From assembly GCA_950097015.1 (NCBI GenBank), contig CATNEN010000007.1:5332001-5396000 (forward strand): a stretch of DNA of 64,000 nucleotides. The letters are read 5' to 3'. Below the pieces are notes generated by a model that did no database searches, was not told the DNA's origin, and worked only from the letters and a program-made list of their open reading frames with translations. This document shows, piece after piece, positions 25,301 to 36,373 of this stretch. The position numbers and the translations under genes were made by a program. Numbering within the stretch: position 1 is the stretch's first letter; each line of letters opens with the position of its first letter. This DNA is from Macrostomum hystrix. Taxonomy: Eukaryota; Animalia; Platyhelminthes.

Positions 25301-26451
25301 CTCCCATCACCAATCTGCAATGACCAATCTACCATCACCAATCTGCAATGACCAATCTACCATCACCAATCTGCAATGACCAATCTCCCATCACCAATCT
25401 CCCATCACCAATCTGCAATGACCAATCTCCCATCACCAATCTCCCATCACCAATCTGCAATGACCAATCTCCCATCACCAATCTACCATCACCAATCTGC
25501 AATGACCAATCTACCATCACCAATCTGCCATCACCAATCTGCAATGAGCAATCTCCCATCACCAATCTGCAATGACCAATCTACCATCACCAATTTACCA
25601 TCACCAATCTGCAATGAGCAATCTCCCATCACCAATCTGCAATGACCAATCTCCCATCACCAATCTACCATCACCAATCTGCAATGACCAATCTACCATC
25701 ACCAATCTACCATCACCAATCTGCAATGAGGAATCTCCCATCACCAATCTGCAATGACCAATCTCCCATCACCAATCTGCAATGAGCAATCTCCCATCAC
25801 CAATCTGCAATGACCAATCTCCCATCACCAATCTGCAATGAGCAATCTCCCATCACCAATCTGCAATGACCAATCTCCCATCACCAATCTGCAATGACCA
25901 ATCTCCCATCACCAATCTGCAATGACCAATCTGCCATCACCAATCTGCAATGAGCAATCTCCCATCACCAATCTGCAATGAGCAATCTCCCATCACCAAT
26001 CTGCAATGACCAATCTACCATCACCAATCTGCAATGACCAATCTACCATCACCAATCTGCAATGACCAATCTCCCATCACCAATCTCCCATCACCAATCT
26101 GCAATGACCAATCTACCATCACCAATCTGCAATGACCAATCTACCATCACCAATCTGCAATGACCAATCTACCATCACCAATCTGCAATGACCAATCTAC
26201 CATCACCAATCTGCAATGACCAATCTACCATCACCAATCTGCAATGACCAATCTACCATCACCAATCTGCAATGACCAATCTACCATCACCAATCTCCCA
26301 TCACCAATCTGCAATGACCAATCTCCCATCACCAATCTGCAATGACCAATCTACCATCACCAATCTGCAATGACCAATCTACCATCACCAATCTGCAATG
26401 ACCAATCTACCATCACCAATCTGCAATGACCAATCTACCATCACCAATCTG
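22392..26451. repeat. 4-kb satellite of 14-bp monomers (CATCACCAATCTVC / AATGASCAATCTMC) with 28-bp dimer and 840-bp higher-order period
   Basis: Direct periodicity; the rare variant GAGGAATC recurs at about 24048, 24888 and 25728. Confidence 0.98.
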
Positions 26452-26865
26452 TAAGATTTGTAGATTTTTACAAGGTTCTAGAAGAAAACATCCTGTAGAA
26501 TATTGAGCAAAAAATAGCAATAATAGCGAATCTTTGCAAACAAAGAAAATAAATTGACAACAAAGAACAAGAAAATTGATATTTAATTGACAGTCTCGTG
26601 AGTAATCAAATCGCTTACTCCTAAGCATATAATGTATATTTGAAATTATTAGACTGCGTAGATTCGCATACTTTAAATATGTAAACTCATGTAAAGCTGG
26701 TGCGATACTAAAACAAGCATATCAAAGCTTAAAACAATACTATTTTCAGTATGGTAGCCATTCCGAAATGCATTCAATTACATTAAAAACAAACACTATT
26801 AACACAACACAAACAGCAATACAATGCTCATAGTGAAGCTGCTCAAATACTTTTAGAGTGACTGA

Positions 26866-27497
26866 TGGATGGGAGGTGGGGCAGTCACTGAAGGATGGGA
26901 GGAGGTGGGGCAGTCACTGAAGGATGGGAGGTGGGGCAGTCACTGAAGGATGGGAGGAGGTGGGGCAGTCACTGAAGGATGGGAGGTGGGGCAGTCACTA
27001 AAGGATGGGAGGAGGTGGGGCAGTCACTGAAGGATGGGAGGTGGGGCAGTCACTGAAGGATGGGAGGTGGGGCAGTCACTGAAGGATGGGAGGAGGTGGG
27101 GCAGTCACTGAAGGATGGGAGGAGGTGGGGCAGTCACTGAAGGATGGGAGGAGGTGGGGCAGTCACTGAAGGATGGGAGGAGGTGGGGCAGTCACTGAAG
27201 GATGGGAGGTGGGGCAGTCACTGAAGGATGGGAGGTGGGGCAGTCACTGAAGGATGGGAGGTGGGGCAGTCACTGAAGGATGGGAGGTGGGGCAGTCACT
27301 GAAGGATGGGAGGAGGTGGGGCAGTCACTGAAGGATGGGAGGAGGTGGGGCAGTCACTGAAGGATGGGAGGTGGGGCAGTCACTGAAGGATGGGAGGTGG
27401 GGCAGTCACTGAAGGATGGGAGGTGGGGCAGTCACTGAAGGATGGGAGGTGGGGCAGTCACTGAACGATGGGAGGATGTGGGGCGGTCACTGAAGGA
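26866..27497. repeat. 26/29-bp G-rich minisatellite (GGAGGTGGGGCAGTCACTGAAGGATG(GGA))n
   Basis: About 23 tandem units in two length classes, immediately 3' of the RecQ4 stop codon. Confidence 0.97.
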
Positions 27498-27554
27498 GGC
27501 AGGGCAGCCACTAAAGTATATTATAAAAGGTCAAATAGTTTAACAGAAATCTCG

Positions 27555-30500
27555 TCACAGCCTGGCCAGCAGTTCTTCTAAGGCGGCCCGCCGCACAGCG
27601 GGCCAGGGCACGGCCTCGTGGAGCCGCCAGAAGCGCCGCACGCGGCCCCAGACAACGGCGGGGAAGTTGGGCGTCCCGATGCCGTGCATGACGCAGGCAA
27701 TGTTGCGCGCTGTCAGCCGGTGCTCGTCTCCGTAGAGGCCAATGAAGGCTCGCACGCCTGCCCGGACGCAGGATAGCGTGGACTCGTCGACGGCGTCGTC
27801 GTCATCAACATCGTCGCCCTCGGTTTCGGCGTTGGCATCGACTTCGCCGCCTTCAATTCCGTCGGCGAAGTAGGCGTAGATGCCGGAGGAGATCGCCCGA
27901 CTGGCTGCGTCGTGCAGATCGTCGTTGGCAATTGCCGAGCCGTTGCTAAGGACGCCGTCTCCATTGCTATGCGCGTCGTCAGGCTTGCTTAAAGCGCTGT
28001 TTTCTTTGCCTTGACTGTTGCTAATGACGCCATACCCATTGACACGGCCTTCATCCGTGCCGTTGAGCTCCTGCTTAGCAAGCTTTGCCGCTCTAGCCAG
28101 CAGGCGGTGCAGGCGGCGCATGTCAGAAAGGGCCGCCAGCTCGACCCGGCGCAGTCGGGCACAGACGTGACCAGCCAGACGGTCGGCAACTTCGTGACTT
28201 CGGCAGCACCTGGTCAGCAGCATCCAGGCCGGACTGTCGGGCTTGGCGACAACGCCGGACCGGCGGCCGTTTTCGTTCCACTCGAGAGCGTCCAGGTCGC
28301 GACCGACCGCGGCGGGGTCCCAGCCGAACCGGTCGCACACGGCGGCGAGGTCGATGGTCGGATTAGCGGAGTCTCCGTCGTCGTCCGCATCGGCGGCTCG
28401 ATCGGCGAGGGCGACGGCAACGCAGAGGCAGCGGCTGGCAGCCCACGCGAGGCCGGCCGGTCCTGAGTAGCTGGATAGGCGGTAGCGAGAGTTGGCCCGG
28501 CCAAGCAGGCGGCAGCGGCCGGGAAACCGCAGCTGCAGGTAGCACAGCAGAGTCTCGATTGTCTCCTCCGTGGCGTCGAGCTCGGCTACGATTTCAGCGA
28601 TGTTCAGGGCACGCAGATGACCACCTGGAGGCCAGGACTGGCTGCCGACTGGGAGCAGAGAATGGAGGATTTCTGTTATAGGGGATGCTGTGGCCAGTGC
28701 AAGGATGCGAGCGTCGGAACTCACCAGCTGCTCCTTCCGCGCATTCGACAGCGTCGGCCTCTTCAGCGGCCTCGACGCCGGGTTCGCACAGGCGGCAGTC
28801 GGGCAGCACGGGGAACAGGCGACGGATGAGGGTCTTGACTCCGGCGGTCTCCACGCAGTTGGCGAACACGTGCCGCTGAAGGCGCAGCAGGTCCGCGCCG
28901 GGGGGGTGCGCCAGCAGGGTGTGACAGAAGGCCGGCTGGCCGTCGCGACCCGCGCGGCCGACCTCCTGGAATGCGGCGGGGATTTGAAATAACAGGTGAA
29001 TCACAATCAAATAACAGGTGAATCACAATCAAATAACAGGTGAATCACAATCAAATAACAGGTGAATCACAATCAAATGACAGGTGAATAACAATCAAAT
29101 GACAGGTGAATCACAATCAAATAACAGGTGAATAACAATCAAATAACAGGTGAATAACAATCAAATGACAGGTGAATCACAATCAAATAACAGGTGAATC
29201 ACAATTAAATAACAGGTGAATAACAATCAAAGAACAGGTGAATCACAATCAAATGACAGGTGAATCACAATCAAATAACAGGTGAATCACAATCAATTAA
29301 CAGGTGAATCACAATCAATTAACAGGTGAATCACAATCGATTAACACGTGAATCACAATCAATTAACAGGTGAATCACAATCAATTAACAGGTGAATCAC
29401 AATCAAATGACAGGTGAATCACAATCAAATGACAGGTGAATCACAATCAATTAACAGGTGAATCACAATCAATTAACAGGTGAATCACAATCAAATACGA
29501 GCTAACAGGTGAATCACAATCAATTAACAGGTGAATCGCATAGTAAAACAGGTATAAGAGGCACAAATCTCACCTGCACATAGTCCCTATAAGACGCAGG
29601 CGGTGAGTAGTGCAGCACGCATCGTACATCGGGTTTGTCCAGTCCCATGCCCAGTGCTACTGTGGCAGCCAGTATGCGGCATTTGCCAGTTGTAAAGGCC
29701 TTCTGCGCCCGACGCCTCTCGGAGGCCGACATGCCGGCGTGGTAGGCTCGGGCAGCGGCTGAGCCGCCATGCGAGGTCCGCAGGAGGCCGGCGACAGCAT
29801 CCGCCTCGGCCCGGGAGCCGCAGTAGATGAGGATGGAGCCGCTGGATTTGTAGGGCTCAGTGGCTAGCAGCTGCAGCAGGGCTTCGGTCTTGTTGTAACC
29901 GGCCGAGGAAGCCGACAGGCGAAGATTCGAGGGCAGAGGCGGGCCGGGGTTCAGCAGCGGATCGGCGCCAAGCAGGCGCGCCACCGAGCGGGCGGTCTCA
30001 GGGCCGGCTGTGGCGGTGAGGCCAAGGAAGCAGCGAACCGAATAGACGGACCTCAGGACGGAGAGGACTCGAAGGTAAGCCGGACGGAAGTGGTGGGACC
30101 AGTCTGCCTGTGGCGGGGTTTGAGAATAGGGGCTAGGTCAGCCTGTGTCCTTCGCAGTCGAAAGTTGGTCAAGACTGTTAAAAAACGAAAGAAAAACAAG
30201 TTTCTACTGATAAACAACTTCAGTAGTATGATACGCACATTAGAAGGCAAATTTATTTCATTAACACCCCATTAACATCAGAAGTTGGCAAACTCTGGCC
30301 CGCGGGCCAGATGCGCCCTCGTAGCTCACAAATCTGGCCAGTTGCCCTTCCAACACCTGAGCGTGTGCGCTCAGGAGTCAGCGAAATGGGCAGAACTGCC
30401 TCCTCGCTGGCTTATTAACAGTTAGGACTACCAAGCCATTTTGCCGCCTGTTATTCGCATCAGGGTGTCCATAGTAGCTTAGTTCCACCTGTTGTAGCCC

Positions 30501-33406
30501 TTGAAGGTCCAGCAGTCTGTCTAGATAAAGGTAGGTGACCACCGAAGACGGAGATGATGCAGGCACACTCGGGTGACATGCTGATAAATTTTGAAGGCCT
30601 GGCAGGTTTTGAGGCGCAGTGCAAATTCGTGTATAGGGGTGTATGAAATACACTAGCTCTAATAAGAAAAATCGGACCTTCGGCCAGAATATCTCGACGG
30701 TCTGAAGAGCTGGCGACTTGTTTCTTGTTTCAGAAGATGCGCAACATATAGTTGGCCCGTGTTCTTGAGTTTCGTGTGCTTGTATTGTTCCGTTCGGGTG
30801 CAGCAAAAAAATTGTCAGGGGGGGGAAATTCCCCCCCATGGTAGTTCTACTGTTAAGATGAAGAGCAACAAAAGTACAAAGGAGAAATATACCAGGCAGT
30901 GCGCCTCGTCGATGCAGGCGAAGCTGACGCCGGCTGGCAGGCGAAGAGACACCGCGCCATCCACGAGCATCTCCGGCGACACCAGCAGACAGGCGAGTCG
31001 GCCGGCGGCGGCGTCGGCGCGAATCCGATCTCGCAGCTCGGCGGACTGGCCGGAATGAAGGCAAGCAGCGGGCAGGCAGGATGGCAGGCGGGTCAGCTGA
31101 TCCTCCATCAGAGCCTGGGGGGAGGGCGGCGGTGTGGGCTGTTGCTTAGCAACATAAAAGTACACAGTAGAAAACAATTGTTTTCTATCCTAGCAATTTA
31201 GGCTTTAATGATTAATGCTAGACTAATAAAGAAAAGTTTCTGTTTGTCTTAGCAACGGTTGCTAGGGATAGAATTTCGGAAGCAAAAACATTATTAAACA
31301 GTATTTACCTGCAGCGGCGAGATAACAAGAGCCACCGCACCGTTGCGCCGACCGTGATATAACAGGGCCGGCAGCTGATAGCAGAGCGACTTGCCCGCGC
31401 CCGTTGCCATGACAACCAGTGCCGACTGGCCGGCCAGCACGCGGCTGACGGCCTCAGCTTGGCCCGGCCGAAAATCGGCGTGTCCGAAACGGCGCAGCAG
31501 GGCGCGAACCTCGGACTTAGGCACTTCGTCGGCCAGCGGTTCAATGGGGGCGGGGGCGGGGGCACCGGTCTGGGCCCGCTGGACGGAGCGCAGGTCGCCA
31601 GGAAATTCGGCGGGCCGGCCGGCCTCCAGAGCGGCCAAATTCACCGCAGGCGGCGCGGCGGGACGTTGAACAACGCCGCCGATAGACGACGATGGCGTCG
31701 TCATCGATGCGATGTCGCCAAAATCGCCCAGATCGCCGATCTGCTCTTCCTCTTCGTCGATTGGTTTGCCGCCCCCGCCGTTATTCCGCCAGCCGGGCTT
31801 GGGCCGGGGGCACTTGTCAGCCCAGTGGCCTTCCTCGCCGCAGGCGAAGCAGCGATTGGCGCCGGCGCCGTTAAGACGCGATTTGCGCTTCCACTCGGCA
31901 TGCTTGAACCGGCGAAATCGGGCCTGGCCCTACGGTGCGGATCGATGTGATCGATTCTTGTGTGACATTAGTTTATCTCAGAGTGAGAGATTCGTCTATC
32001 CCAAGAAAAAGATTCGCCGATCATAAGGTGGGAGTTTCATCGTTCTCATGGAGAGATTTGGTGATCACAGAGTGAGATTCGTTTATCATAGGGTGAGATT
32101 CGTCTTTGATAGGGTGAGATTCGTCTATGATAGGGTGAGATTCGTCTATGATAGGGTGAGATTCGGCGATCATGGGGTGAGAATCGTCCTTCACAAGCTC
32201 TATGGAAGTATTGGGCGCTTAGGCTCTCAGGGCACAGTATGGAAGTCAGGGCAGATGTACACATGCGCGAGTGTATCTATTTGAGTAAACAATTTCTCCA
32301 ACCTTGCCAGCTCCGCCTCGGCTGAAGCGCTTCACTCGCAGGTTGACCTTAACGTAGTTCGCCGACGATGAAGACGAGGCCACGCTAGGAGCCGCGCAAG
32401 CGAATGACGAAGCCGCGACGGCGGGAGGCTTCGTTGCAGCCGCTGCTGCAGAGCGCTGCTTCTTGGCGGGTTTTGGCTTAGTCGCTGCCATCGATTCGTC
32501 TTGCTCATCGTCTGACAGAACCGCAGGACGTTTGACAGACTTTCGCAGCTGGCTTGGCTTGGTGGCCAGGTTCTCTTTGTCTGCAGCTGCCGAGTCTACG
32601 GTTGATGAAAGCACGACAGTTGGTTTCGCTATGAAGTCGAATGTTTCCTTAGAAATGGCGTCTTGTTGCATAGCAACATTAGCATCTTGCTTAGCAACGG
32701 CGTCTGGTTGCACAGCAACAGCAGAATCTTGCTTAGTAACGGTGTCTAATTGCTTAGCAACATGGTCTGGTTGCTTAGTAACGGAATGCAAGGAAGCATC
32801 ATTTGTAAAGCCCGAATAGGTATTCCTGTACTCAGCTCCGTTGCTAAGCTCATCGCCAACAGACACTGTCGGCCGATCTTGCTCCTTCGCCTTGTCAAGC
32901 TGACAGCCCGACAGGTAGGCGAAGCGACAAGCGGCAGGCTTAGCAGATTTCGCAGCTCTCAGCGTAACAGCTTCGGCCGGGGTTCTTGGCGACTCGGTGA
33001 CCTGAAGAATCGGCGGCGGGACGGCAGGCGTCGGCGGTGGAGGTGCGTACGGAGGCGGAGCAGCTTCGGGTGGCTTCGGCTCCGCACTGCTAGAAGTGGA
33101 CTGCGGGACCTGGTGAGCAGGTTCAGCAACTCGAGACAGCCTGCGCTGTTGTACACTGTTCAGCAGCTTGGCGCCCAGTTCGCTGGTGATGCTCGGCGTC
33201 GATGCCGGAGTCGACGGCGACTTGCCGACAGGCGCCGCCTCCCAGGAGAGGCTTCTGAGCTCACTGTAGCGCTGGTAGAGCCGCCGTATCTCTGGATCGC
33301 GATCCACATCCTTGGTCGCTGGACGGCGGCCAGACTCCTCTACGAAGGAGCGCTCCCATTGTTTGAGGCGGCGTTTGAGTTCATCAATGCCCAGCTGCTC
33401 CAGCAT
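27555..33406 (-). CDS. RECQL4: ATP-dependent DNA helicase Q4 (RecQ4), ~1279 aa; exons 33406-32303, 31929-31309, 31114-30893, 30107-29574, 28965-28725, 28672-27555
   Basis: N-terminal Sld2-like segment (LKRRLKQWERSFVEESGRRP...LYQRYSEL); CCHC zinc knuckle (CFACGEEGHWADKCP); RecQ motifs FRPGQAEA, MATGAGKSLCYQLPA, DEAHCL|ADWSHHFRPAYL, LGLTATA, YHAG, ATVALGMGLDKPDVR and YVQ|EVGRAGRDG; RecQ4-type C-terminus (IACVMHGIGTPNFPAVVWG). Introns are GT-AG with consistent phases (0,0,0,0,1); total 3840 nt. A 52-nt intron at 28673-28724 explains the frame switch between two ORFs in the track. Confidence 0.95.
28987..29537. repeat. 22-bp minisatellite (AAATAACAGGTGAATCACAATC)n filling RecQ4 intron 4
   Basis: About 24 tandem units occupying about 90% of the intron. 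Confidence 0.96.
30279..30330 (+). mobile_element. Degenerate terminal fragment of a hAT/Charlie-type DNA transposon
   Basis: CAGAAGTTGGCAAACTCTGGCCCGCGGGCCAGATGCGCCC resembles the typical Charlie/MER58-like end CAGGGGTCGGCAAACTACGGCCCGCGGGCCAAATCCGGCCC (recalled, not searched). No second end was found. Confidence 0.5.
30353..30412 (+). mobile_element. Fragment of the SINE family seen at 42679-42991
   Basis: GCTCAGGAGTCAGCGAAATGGGCAGAACTGCCTCCTCGCTGGCT matches the reverse complement of about 42743-42786 with one mismatch. Confidence 0.8.
32050..32185. repeat. 21-bp degenerate minisatellite (GTGAGATTCGTCTATGATAGG)n in RecQ4 intron 1
   Basis: About 6 tandem units. Confidence 0.85.
32243..32275 (+). 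mobile_element. Short fragment of the same SINE family (42679-42991)
   Basis: AAGTCAGGGCAGATGTACACA is identical to the reverse complement of about 42831-42851. Confidence 0.55.
32644..32785 (-). repeat. Coding 21-bp tandem repeat inside RecQ4 exon 1 (heptapeptides VTKQPDH/VAKQLDT/VTKQDSA/VAVQPDA/VAKQDAN/VAMQQDA)
   Basis: Six to seven units at exact 21-bp spacing, visible in both DNA and protein. Confidence 0.85.
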
Positions 33407-33762
33407 TGCAGCTGGATTTGAATTTGTGGCTCGAGTTTGAATTACTGCACATCTCCCGATTGTGTCAAAGCAAGGCAAAACTTGTGTGGTTTTTAGTTTC
33501 ACATTATAGTTTTTCACGACTTATTTTATTTGGTCATATAAGTTAAATAAACAAATTAAATGACTAATAAATGATGAAGATGTTTGCAAAGCCTACAATT
33601 GTGGCCTAGGGACAACAATTAAGGATTTATTGTGAATGAAAAAAATAATTATATAGCTTTAAAATGCATATATAATGTAGGAGATAAGCAGCTTCAAATG
33701 GTATTAAATGCATTTTATATAGCTTACTGCAATGTTTTACTAGCTGAAAAGCTCTAGCTACC

Positions 33763-34075
33763 ATAATAATAATAATAATAATAATTGATTACACCTGCCC
33801 CAATTGGGCCAGATGTGCAGCCGACAGCACAGCCGCAGCTATTGCGCGGCGCATCTGAAGGCTGCGTACAGCTGTTCAGTCCATGGACTGGGGGGACGCC
33901 ACACCCACCTTCAATTATCCCAGCTGATGCTGGTACCCATTTAACAGCTGGGTGAACTGAAGCAATGCAGAGTTGAGTGTCTTGCTAAAGGACACAAATT
34001 GTTTCAGTGGAGTCAGGAATCGAACCCCGACCTTCAAGTCGTTAGTCTGATGCCCTAACCACTAGGCTACAACCT
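33763..34075 (-). mobile_element. tRNA-derived CORE-type SINE with (ATT)n tail
   Basis: On the minus strand: A-box TAGCCTAGTGG, B-box GGTTCGATTCC, then TGTGTCCTTTAGCAAGACACTCAACTCTGCATTGCTTCAGTTCACCCAGCTGTTAAATGGG resembling the MIR/CORE central domain, a 3' hairpin and an (ATT)n tail. No clear TSD. Confidence 0.85.
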
Positions 34076-36373
34076 CTTTTAGCAATGATACCATAAGGAA
34101 ATGTCTAAAGCTTAGTCAATTCCAAATGATCTATGCTTTGGAATATAAAGTGATTGAAATAGCTAGTCATGAAAACAGAATAGCTACAATGGAAGCTAAG
34201 AACTTTTGGAAAACTAATGGCTAATTAAAACTCCATGCAATATGAATAATGCTAGCAATAGGTGTAGTATGGTGGCCATTTACACCTTGCTAGTTTTTAT
34301 ATAAGACACAATGGCAATCTCCTAGTTTGTGGCATTAAATTATTTATAAATTTTTGCTGGGAGGGTTACAATGTGCCTGCTGCTTAGAATAGTTATATGG
34401 CAATGGTCAAACTACAAAACCATGTTGCTGTCAATCATAGGCTTTATTTTGTGGACCCTAACAGCCTCCCAGTCCACACGAACACACGTAAGGGGTCTTG
34501 GGCCTATGTCAAGGCCAAATTCAAGGGCCAAGCACAGCCATTCTTATGCCATATTTGAGAGCCATCTCTCATAGATTACAAAGACTTTTCTTTCAGAATG
34601 CATTTGGCAATTTCCTATATTGGCTACAGCACCATCATTGACTTTAATAACTATAACAACAGTTTCTTCTCCTTAAAAGTAAGAGAGCACAAATAATTTA
34701 ATGCTACAAACTAGGAGATTGCCAACACAAGCACTTTATAAACTTCAAAGGTCTATCTGTTGACTGTTACCTTAATTTTCACATATTTCTAAACAAGCAA
34801 CACTAGCTGATCAAGTATTGTAAATTAGCTAAGCTAATGCAAGTGTTAGGTCTACTTGACAATTATTATCCTCAGTGATAGTGTTAGGAGTACAACTAGC
34901 TAGGCCCTACAAGGTAAATGTTTATGGATATTTGGTTACTTTCAATCCACTGATGTGATTTACTTAGCAAAACATAAATAGCAACTAAGTAAGGAAATTA
35001 ACAAAGAAGATATATTGATGCAATCGCAAAGGCTTAATATAATAAGCAAAGGCCTATGGCTTTTATAGAACTTTTAGGCCAATGGCAATGGCTATTAGGC
35101 AATTGCTAAGTTCAATCAATTGCCAAGACAAAATTAACTGCCACTAAATAACCAAATCAAAGTTAAATAATTTTTCTGTTAATGTGTAGGCTTTAACCTA
35201 GCAAATATCGCACATAGTTTAGGCTTAAGTATTTAGCCTACATTAAGCAGGGCTAGCAAAGCAGAATTTTTGATTAAACTAAAAACAATTAAACTAAACA
35301 ATAAGTTAAACTAAACTAATGCATGTGTACTTTCAGCTCACTTAAGCATTCTAATACACAGTTCGATGATTGCCATACGTTATCTATTGTTTACATATAT
35401 ATTTACCAAATCATAAAGCGACAATATTAACACAATCGTAGAAGCTCGGACACGCTTCATCTCAAATATCTTCAGCCCACGTGCAGTTCTTAGAATCTAC
35501 TTTAAATTCGCTGTAGAAACTCGTTTTGAAAGTTCGTTTTTAAGCCGATTATATTCATTGTACTGCAAAAGAAATTAAATCACTCCAAAAGAGTTCTTTT
35601 TAGCATTGATTTTATATAGTGTCTATGATTGACAAAGCTATGACTTTGAATTGGACAAATGACTTTAAGCTATTTGTCTTGCTCATAGTAATGATTCCAC
35701 GTTTTGCCAGGCCTGGGCCTTCCCCTTATTTTTTGCGGATCTGATTCTTACGGATAGCTTGGGTAAAACAATATACTTGTAGATGAAGGAAAAAATATTT
35801 TAAAACTAGTATAACATGCACAGCTTCTCAAACAGCATGGCAGCAAATAGTTGGAAGAAGCGCCTAGCTCTAGCCGAGGTTTTGCCGAAGTTTACAGAAA
35901 TTTTCTGCAAAATACTACCTAGCTGTCAGTTCTCTTTTTTATTTCGCTAGAATGTTTTTGGCTTTAAACAAAATGGTCATGCCTTGAGTTTGGAATCGCA
36001 GACTACAACCACTTTTAAAAATCTCACTCCTATATTTATAGGCCGCCGCTCAGATCAGTGCACATATATTACACACGGTGTTTTATTATCTGTGGATCAG
36101 TGTATCATAAATGAAACAAAACTACACTCGTACTTTATTATTGCATGTTTGAATTCTATAAAATCGTGCATTACTTACTAGTGGAGTAAAAATAGTTTCT
36201 CAAGAAATTTGCGACCTTGTCTATGTTATGACCCACACGTTACTCTTCAATGAAAACGCGATAAAAGACTCGATTAGAAATGCAGTTGTCAACTTTATAA
36301 AGTAAATTTAGAATTGAAATTAGACGGAATCAGATTAAGGAAAACATAAAGATTCTATATACAAATAACTGAA

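Noticed and set aside
28673-28724. Frameshift or pseudogenisation of RecQ4
   Set aside because: Resolved by a 52-nt GT-AG intron with matching phase; a nearby in-frame alternative acceptor also exists.
33407-33517. N-terminal extension of RecQ4 in the ORF track
   Set aside because: It begins at a non-ATG codon in AT-rich sequence; the first ATG at 33406 coincides with the start of the Sld2-like domain.
33995-34075. tRNA gene (also 42915-42991 and 40495-40570)
   Set aside because: A/B boxes are present (only a B-box at 40495), but there is no proper acceptor stem, and the first two continue into SINE bodies with tails.
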